Assembly: GCA_964343705.1 (NCBI GenBank)
Contig: CAYFJX010000002.1
Coordinates: 2,873-26,872 of the forward strand
Direction: 5' to 3'
Length of the DNA stretch: 24,000 bases
Origin: an uncultured Methanosarcinales archaeon
GTDB taxonomy: Archaea; Nanobdellota; Nanobdellia; Woesearchaeales; UBA12501
Each line of letters starts with the position of its first letter. The first letter of the stretch is position 1. This document shows positions 9,097 through 14,065 of this stretch, one piece after another. Below the pieces are notes generated by a model that saw only the letters and a list, made by a program, of their open reading frames with translations, had not been told where the DNA came from and ran no database searches. A program made the position numbers and the translations under genes.

Positions 9097-11382
9097 ATGG
9101 GATTATTTGATAAAAGGCCTGTTCCAAAAGAAGGTGAGGGTGCTGCAGGTGACGAGCGTGCCCAGCTACAAAAAGAAATTGCAGGTGCGATGGAAAAGTA
9201 CAAGAACCAACTTGACCAAAATATGAACACACTCAATCCAGAGGAAGCATCAGGAGATCAAGATTCTATTGAAACTAAAGAGTATCAAGAATTTAAGGAA
9301 GAATACATGCCGGGGCACATGTCATTCTATGAAAAAGCATGTAATCAGGCTGAAAAACTCATCAAGATTCACCCTCCAGAAGATAAGCATGACGAGATTC
9401 AAGGATACATAAACATTTGTCATTTGAATATCACACCTACAGGAGTATACTCTCTTTCATTTCTTGCCCCTATTGCACTTGCGCTTGTCAGTGCATTGTT
9501 TGGATTAATCTTCTTGCAGTCTATGTTTTTTGTGGTTTTCTTTTTTATTTTTGGGTATGCAACACTCAAACCAATGCAAGGTATACCAAAGTTTATGGCG
9601 AATAGTTGGCGGATGAAAGCAAGTAATCAAATGGTACTTGGAGTTTTTTACGTTGTGACGTATATGAGGCACACCTCAAACTTGGAACTTGCGATTGCTT
9701 TTGCTTCTGATCATTTATCACCCCCTCTATCTCTTGATTTTAGAAAGGTGTTGTGGGATATTGAAACTGGAAAGTATGAGGGAATAAAGGAATCTCTAGA
9801 CGCATATCTTATGACATGGAAAGAATGGGCACCTGAATTTGTTGAAGGTATGCATTTGATTGAATCATCTTTGTATGAAGGAGAAGAAAGTCGACGTGTT
9901 GAAATGCTTGATAAGTCGTTGGCTACCATGCTTGATCAAACGTATGAAAAAATGTTGCATTATGCACAGAACTTGAAAAGTCCCATGACCATGTTGCATA
10001 TGATGGGTGTTATCTTACCCATATTAGGATTAGTTATTCTTCCGCTTGTGGTAAGTTTTATGTCAGGCATTAAATGGTGGCATCTTTCATTACTATATAA
10101 TGTTGCACTGCCTGCAGGAGTTTTTTATCTTGCCATGACTATTCTTGCAACGCGCCCAAGCGGGTATGGTGATAGTGATATTTCTAATAATCCTGAGATT
10201 AAAAAATTCAAGAAGATCTTGATTAAGTTTGCTGGCAGGGAGATTCGACTTGAACCCTTGTATATTTGTCTTATTTTTTTCGCTGTTTTTGTGCTTATTG
10301 GTTTGTCGCCCATCCTTATCCATATGGCGACGTATGATTCAGCTCATAAAACCCAGCATTGGGATCTTATTTTGAACAAGGATTGGAAATTACAGACAAC
10401 GAATAAAATGGTGGATAATGGTGCTAAACTAGCGTTGCTTGAATATCGTATTTCAAAGCCAAAGCCAGGTTCTGTTGGTGGGGAGGTGTTAGGGCCGTTT
10501 GGCTTGGGCGCGTCGATGTTAAGTTTATGTTTGATTATTGGTATAGGTGTTGGATTTGGATTGTATTTTAAATTAAGATCGAAAAATGTTATTAAGATTA
10601 GACAACGTAGTCAAAAACTTGAACAGGAGTTTGCCTCAGCATTGTACCAGTTAGGAAATAGAATAGGAGATGGCATTCCTGCTGAGATAGCTTTTAGTAA
10701 GGTTGCTCAGAACATGGAAGGTTCTGTTTCTGGTGAATTTTTTCAGTTGGTTTCAACCAATATTTCTCGTGGTGGAATGGGAGTTGAGCAGGCAATTTTT
10801 GACCCTGAGTATGGTGCTCTTGTCCATTACCCTTCAAGTGTTATTGATTCATCAATGAAGGTTTTAACTGAAAGTGCGAAAAAAGGACCTAAGATAGCAG
10901 CTGCGGCACTGATCAATGTTTCCAATTATTTAAAAGAAATGCACAAGGTTAATGAGCGGTTAAAAGATTTGCTTGCTGACATTGTTGCATCTATGAGGTC
11001 GCAAGTTAAATTCATGGCGCCGGTTATTTCAGGTATTGTTATTGGTATTACTTCTATGATCACGACTATCCTTGGAAAGGTTGGTGCTCAAATGAAACGA
11101 CTTGCAGAAGGTGGCGGTGGTGGTCTTCTTGAAATGTTTGGTGATGGTGTACCAACGTATTACTTCCAGTTCATGGTTGGTTTGTATGTTGTGCAAATTG
11201 TGTATATTCTTAGTATTATGACGAATGGTATTGAAAATGGTTCTGATGAATTAAACGAGAGATACATGCTAGGTCATAATTTAGTTAGGAGCATTATCCT
11301 GTATGTGTGTTGTTCTGGTGCTGTAATGCTATTGTTCAACATCCTAGCAGTGACTATTCTAAAAGGCATTGCTAAAGGATAG
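9097..11382 (+). CDS. FlaJ/TadC/PilC-like polytopic membrane platform protein
   Basis: Two T2SS-F-like helical repeats (around LSLDFRKVLWDIETGKYEGIKESL and QEFASALYQLGNRIGDGIPAEIAFSKV) are each followed by TM segments. It lies immediately downstream of the ATPase. The ATG at 9097 with SD GAGGGTGA is preferred over the GTG at 9091. Confidence 0.8.
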   Translation: MGLFDKRPVPKEGEGAAGDERAQLQKEIAGAMEKYKNQLDQNMNTLNPEEASGDQDSIETKEYQEFKEEYMPGHMSFYEKACNQAEKLIKIHPPEDKHDEIQGYINICHLNITPTGVYSLSFLAPIALALVSALFGLIFLQSMFFVVFFFIFGYATLKPMQGIPKFMANSWRMKASNQMVLGVFYVVTYMRHTSNLELAIAFASDHLSPPLSLDFRKVLWDIETGKYEGIKESLDAYLMTWKEWAPEFVEGMHLIESSLYEGEESRRVEMLDKSLATMLDQTYEKMLHYAQNLKSPMTMLHMMGVILPILGLVILPLVVSFMSGIKWWHLSLLYNVALPAGVFYLAMTILATRPSGYGDSDISNNPEIKKFKKILIKFAGREIRLEPLYICLIFFAVFVLIGLSPILIHMATYDSAHKTQHWDLILNKDWKLQTTNKMVDNGAKLALLEYRISKPKPGSVGGEVLGPFGLGASMLSLCLIIGIGVGFGLYFKLRSKNVIKIRQRSQKLEQEFASALYQLGNRIGDGIPAEIAFSKVAQNMEGSVSGEFFQLVSTNISRGGMGVEQAIFDPEYGALVHYPSSVIDSSMKVLTESAKKGPKIAAAALINVSNYLKEMHKVNERLKDLLADIVASMRSQVKFMAPVISGIVIGITSMITTILGKVGAQMKRLAEGGGGGLLEMFGDGVPTYYFQFMVGLYVVQIVYILSIMTNGIENGSDELNERYMLGHNLVRSIILYVCCSGAVMLLFNILAVTILKGIAKG

Positions 11383-11385
11383 AGA

Positions 11386-11541
11386 GTTACTGCACCTTGG
11401 AGTTTATTCGCAAAATAACCGATTCGCTCAGTGAACAAGTATGTTCGCTGGCGTCCCAGTGAGCTCTGCTCACTGAGGACATGCAGGTTATTTTGCGCAA
11501 GTTCCCCGAGCGGATGCGAGGGTTTTGCTCTGTGCAGTAAC
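11386..11541 (+). ncRNA. candidate structured RNA element A (unassigned family)
   Basis: A 10-bp closing helix (GTTACTGCAC/GTGCAGTAAC) is followed by a CTT bulge and a GGAG/CTCT helix. An 11-bp helix (GCAAAATAACC/GGTTATTTTGC) encloses two hairpins, followed by the hairpin CCCGAGC-GGAT-GCGAGGG. The G-T pairs are tolerated only if the plus strand is the RNA. The element is GC-rich relative to its flanks. Confidence 0.45.
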
Positions 11542-11545
11542 TAAA

Positions 11546-11556
11546 ACAATATAAAC
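11546..11556 (+). promoter_or_regulatory. TATA box for 11579..12121
   Basis: The AACAATATAAACC region is centred ~28 nt upstream of the ATG at 11579 (leaderless pattern). Confidence 0.35.
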
Positions 11557-11578
11557 CATCACCATACTTACACACACA

Positions 11579-12121
11579 ATGAAACGACTCTTAACAAATA
11601 AAACAGTACGCAAGTATGCACCTCAAATCATTGGTGTCTTGCTCTTGCTTTCAATCATCATGTTTTTCACGAAGCTGTTCTTGTTTGTAACCTTCTTAGC
11701 GATTTCTATTGCTGCATCTTTTATTCCAGTAATCATCGGCACCAGAAGCATTGGCTTTGAATTTATCACATTTCCATCCCTCATATTTCTCTACCTGTAT
11801 GGGTGGTGGGATGCATCAGTGTTTTGTGTAGTTTCTCTCTTTTTTTGGATATTTATAACAAGAAGCATGTCCCTAAACAGCTTTTTAGCATTTGGTATTG
11901 TTCCTATTCTTCTTGCTGGCCTCATCCCTCTTAAAGGACTGGGCATATTTGCGCTGGGTATGATCTTATCAATTGTTGGCAATCTTATTTTCACCATTAT
12001 CACGATTGCATTTGGTACTGCACCAATCCATAGGCGGATTATTTATTTTGGAACGCATGTTGCCTGGTCATGGTTCCTGTTTGGTACGTTTGGTGAGATG
12101 ATTTTGAAAATGGTTATGTGA
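11579..12121 (+). CDS. polytopic membrane protein (hypothetical)
   Basis: 180 aa, almost entirely hydrophobic spans. Its last ~19 codons are duplicated in degenerate form at 12510-12565. Confidence 0.7.
   Translation: MKRLLTNKTVRKYAPQIIGVLLLLSIIMFFTKLFLFVTFLAISIAASFIPVIIGTRSIGFEFITFPSLIFLYLYGWWDASVFCVVSLFFWIFITRSMSLNSFLAFGIVPILLAGLIPLKGLGIFALGMILSIVGNLIFTIITIAFGTAPIHRRIIYFGTHVAWSWFLFGTFGEMILKMVM
12065..12121 (+). repeat. direct repeat copy 1 (functional 3' end of the membrane-protein gene)
   Basis: By hand alignment it is ~81% identical (46/57, one 1-nt gap) to 12510-12565. Encodes WSWFLFGTFGEMILKMVM*. Confidence 0.7.
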
Positions 12122-12140
12122 GTTTGAGAGGAAGAAAAAT

Positions 12141-12503
12141 ATGAAAACAACCCCTGAACACGATGAGAGAATAGCAAATATGACATTTGCATCAGTGTAT
12201 CCCCTCCACTTAGCAAAAGTAGAAAAGAAAGGGAGAACAAAAAAAGAGCTGCACCAAGTAATACAATGGTTAACTGGCTTTGATGAAGAAAAGCTACGAA
12301 AACTTACTGATGAAAAAGTAACTTTTCAGACATTCTTTCAGAAAGCAAAGTTAAACCCAAATGCACATCTCATTACAGGAGTAATATGTGGATACCGTAT
12401 AGAAGAAATCAAAAATCCGTTAACACAAAAAGCAAGATATTTGGACAAGCTTGTTGACGAGTTAGCAAAGGGGAGAGCAATGGATAAGATTCTGAGGAAA
12501 TAA
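12141..12503 (+). CDS. DUF2200-like small soluble protein
   Basis: 120 aa. The N-terminal region IANMTFASVYPLHLAKVEKKGRTKKELHQVIQWLTGF resembles the DUF2200 family as I recall it. SD GAGAGGAAG lies upstream. Confidence 0.7.
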   Translation: MKTTPEHDERIANMTFASVYPLHLAKVEKKGRTKKELHQVIQWLTGFDEEKLRKLTDEKVTFQTFFQKAKLNPNAHLITGVICGYRIEEIKNPLTQKARYLDKLVDELAKGRAMDKILRK

Positions 12504-12509
12504 AAGACA

Positions 12510-12565
12510 TGGTCCGGGTTCTTATTTGATATGTTTGGTGACATGGTTCTAAAATGATTATGTGA
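12510..12565 (+). pseudogene. relic copy of the 3' end of gene 11579..12121 (direct repeat copy 2)
   Basis: Translates as WSGFLFDMFGDMVLK*, against WSWFLFGTFGEMILKMVM* in the intact gene. A 1-nt deletion truncates it. It has no upstream reading frame. Confidence 0.6.
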
Positions 12566-12566
12566 C

Positions 12567-12745
12567 CACTGGACATCTATTTTACCGAAATGCTTCCGGA
12601 ATTGATTTCTAAAACAGTGTTACAGCTCTTCTCGTCATCATTCGAAAATTCTCCGCAGGGATTATTCCGTCCACTAGACACAATTTTCGTCAAAGACGAA
12701 AATGTGCATCTGAGCTCTGCTCAGATTGCACTGGACATACGTCCG
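12567..12745 (+). other. hairpin-dense noncoding segment B1, bounded by a 10-bp direct repeat
   Basis: CACTGGACAT occurs at 12567-12576 and 12729-12738. Hairpins are TTTTCGTC-AAA-GACGAAAA (12684-12702) and GTGCATCTGAGC-TCT-GCTCAGATTGCAC (12704-12731). The second shares the 13-mer TGAGCTCTGCTCA with a hairpin apex in element A (11460-11472). Confidence 0.35.
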
Positions 12746-12752
12746 CGACAAA

Positions 12753-12761
12753 CTTATATAG
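12753..12761 (+). promoter_or_regulatory. candidate TATA box for the downstream structured RNA / LAGLIDADG transcript
   Basis: CTTATATAG is preceded by an A-rich BRE-like GACAAA. The predicted start is near 12781-12785. Caveat: TATAG...CTATA can also pair as a small hairpin. Confidence 0.3.
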
Positions 12762-12780
12762 CTCGAAAACTATACGGAAA

Positions 12781-13003
12781 GTAATGAAAAAAAGAAAGAT
12801 AACCCTTAGGCAAGGGAAAAAGGTTCAGACCCTAAGAATAAAGAACATCTTGAAATATTTAAATCTTTCGCAATGCCTGGGTAACCCTAATCAGGTAAGG
12901 GAGGGAGGTTCAGACCCTCTCAGTCAGCAATGACTTCGGGGTTCAAATCTCTTTAGAGTGCTAAGCTCTTGGGGTGAAACTCCCCGCTCAGGCGCATTCC
13001 CAT
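12781..13003 (+). ncRNA. candidate structured RNA / long structured leader B (unassigned)
   Basis: No credible ORF. Two ~35-40-nt repeat units (12801-12836 and 12883-12923) share the exact 13-mer AGGTTCAGACCCT presented in hairpin loops. GNRA-type hairpins are GG-GTAA-CC (12879-12886) and AGTCA-GCAA-TGACT (12922-12935). A T-arm-like GGGGTTCAAATCTCT lies at 12938-12952. Includes the bulged hairpin 12955-12999. Confidence 0.4.
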
Positions 13004-13042
13004 CACCCTCATGTTTTTACAGGGTGAAAAACATGAGAGGTG
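13004..13042 (+). promoter_or_regulatory. 15-bp hairpin sequestering the SD of the LAGLIDADG gene
   Basis: CACCCTCATGTTTTT (13004-13018) pairs with AAAAACATGAGAGGTG (13027-13042) with one small bulge. The 3' arm contains the GAGGTG of the SD, located 4-7 nt before the ATGs at 13047 and 13050. Confidence 0.45.
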
Positions 13043-13046
13043 ATTG

Positions 13047-13739
13047 ATGATGGAATTTGACATATCTAAGATAAAGTTTAGTTATATGGATAGGAGAAGA
13101 GGGGTAGTTATACCTACCCAAGTTTCTGAAAGTTTAGCTGAATTTGTAGGCATACTTATAGGAGATGGGTATTTACATAGCAATAAGAAAAAGTATACAA
13201 TTGGTGTTGTTGGAAGCCCAAAAACTGATGTTGAATACTTTACTAGAGTACAAAATCTGATTCAAGATACTTTTGGCTTAACAACAAAGATACATGAGAG
13301 GGAAAGAGCTCTACGATTAGTTTTTGGATCAAAAGCCATTTTCACTTTCTTAACAAACACAGTAGGATTAGCGCATGGGCCTAAGAAAGGAGAAGCAGTA
13401 ACAATTCCTAAATCAATCCTACTTAAGGAACTTACTACAAACGCTGTACTCAGAGGAATATTTGATACAGATGGAAGCATTTTCTTCTCTGACAAAAAAG
13501 GTTCTCCGAATTACCCCACAATAGAACTTACCACTACAAGTGGGGTATTAGCAACACAGATCGCTGAAATTCTAGCGAAAAAAGGATACAGGGTTCGCCC
13601 AAGAAAACACAGACCAGGCAATAATTTAGTCATAAACAGAGTGGCACTATATGGGAAGAAAAATATGAAAAGATGGTTTGAAGAGATTGGCTTTACAAAT
13701 CCCATAAAACAACGAAAACTAATCCAAGCAGTGATATAA
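13047..13739 (+). CDS. LAGLIDADG-family homing endonuclease, double-motif monomeric type
   Basis: Two LAGLIDADG motifs are present: LAEFVGILIGDGYL and AVLRGIFDTDGSIF. The ~230-aa size fits a single-chain enzyme. The track start at 13044 is TTG. The ATGs at 13047/13050 follow SD GAGGTGA. Confidence 0.9.
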   Translation: MMEFDISKIKFSYMDRRRGVVIPTQVSESLAEFVGILIGDGYLHSNKKKYTIGVVGSPKTDVEYFTRVQNLIQDTFGLTTKIHERERALRLVFGSKAIFTFLTNTVGLAHGPKKGEAVTIPKSILLKELTTNAVLRGIFDTDGSIFFSDKKGSPNYPTIELTTTSGVLATQIAEILAKKGYRVRPRKHRPGNNLVINRVALYGKKNMKRWFEEIGFTNPIKQRKLIQAVI

Positions 13740-13751
13740 AAAAAGGAAAAG

Positions 13752-13851
13752 TGGGAATGCAGGGATTTGAACCCTGGACATCCAGATCTTCAGTATCGCC
13801 TGCAAGACAGTGCCTTGCATCTGGCGCTCTCCCAGGCTGAGCTACATTCCC
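13752..13851 (-). tRNA. tRNA-Phe (anticodon GAA) with a 26-nt intron at a non-canonical position (~31/32)
   Basis: Minus strand reads GGGAATG-TA-GCTC-AGCCTGGGA-GAGC-G-CCAGA-[TGCAAGGCACTGTCTTGCAGGCGATA]-CTGAAGA-TCTGG-ATGTC-CAGGG-TTCAAAT-CCCTG-CATTCCC-A. The cloverleaf is perfect once 13794-13819 is removed. It has U33, G37 and A73, and no encoded CCA. Confidence 0.85.
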
Positions 13852-13896
13852 ACTAAAGATTACAGTGCTCAACCCAAACCCCCAAATCAGCAGATT

Positions 13897-13906
13897 CTTT
13901 ATATAG
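13897..13906 (-). promoter_or_regulatory. candidate TATA box for tRNA-Phe
   Basis: Minus strand reads CTATATAAAG, ~45-50 nt upstream of the mature tRNA 5' end. This implies a ~20-nt leader. Confidence 0.3.
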
Positions 13907-13961
13907 TTTTTGGTGCACATGAGAATAAGTGTCAAAAGCTCGGGTTCCTCGCTTTTTTCCC

Positions 13962-14033
13962 CTTTGAACCTACCACTAATCCAAGAAAAGATAAGAAAGT
14001 CCCACCAGCCAGTAGACTGAGGCAGGTTCAAAG
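13962..14033 (-). other. 72-nt stem-loop closed by a 13-bp helix
   Basis: 13962-13974 pairs with 14021-14033. The single non-Watson-Crick position is A-C on the plus strand but G-U on the minus strand, which favours a minus-strand RNA. It lies between the SSB T-rich terminator and the tRNA promoter. Confidence 0.3.
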
Positions 14034-14065
14034 TATAAAAAAGAGAATAAGAAAGAATAAAGAAA

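Noticed and set aside
11386-11541. Interpreting elements A and C as MITEs with terminal inverted repeats
   Set aside because: The terminal helices of A and C have different sequences, and I see no flanking target-site duplications. Conserved sequence is internal, not terminal. This cannot be excluded without genome-wide copies, so it is listed as the refutation route.
11387-11575. 62-aa ORF on the minus strand
   Set aside because: It is the antisense of structured element A and the next gene's promoter, and its Cys/Ser-rich translation is typical of reading through palindromic RNA helices.
12590-12784. 64-aa ORF on the plus strand
   Set aside because: It lies entirely within the hairpin-dense B1 segment, has no SD or TATA at the right distance, and has no recognisable protein features.
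12884-12959. 76-nt tRNA-like segment (U at position 8, T-arm-like GGGGTTCAAATCTCT, acceptor-like ACCCTAA/TTAGAGT)
   Set aside because: No D-stem or 5-bp/7-nt anticodon arm can be drawn, and the middle folds instead into the GAGGG/CCCTC and AGTCA-GCAA-TGACT hairpins. It is not a tRNA gene and at most a tRNA-derived fragment.
12774-13006. Calling this region the RNase P RNA gene outright
   Set aside because: The CR-I-, CR-II- and CR-III-like strings are in plausible order. However, no P4 pseudoknot with acceptable pairing could be built: only AAUG/CAUU pairs, and AAG would face CCC. There is no CR-IV or recognisable CR-V. The CR-III-like and putative CR-V-like blocks are adjacent, leaving no room for the P10/P7/P5/P15/P2 3' strands. 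It is kept only as a hypothesis inside the finding.
13985-14005. AAGAAAGUCCCACC as the RNase P CR-I/P4 5' strand
   Set aside because: It lies downstream of the CR-II/III-like blocks and beyond the endonuclease gene and the tRNA. No complementary GGUGGG-CUU strand was found. Strand evidence for the surrounding helix favours the minus strand.
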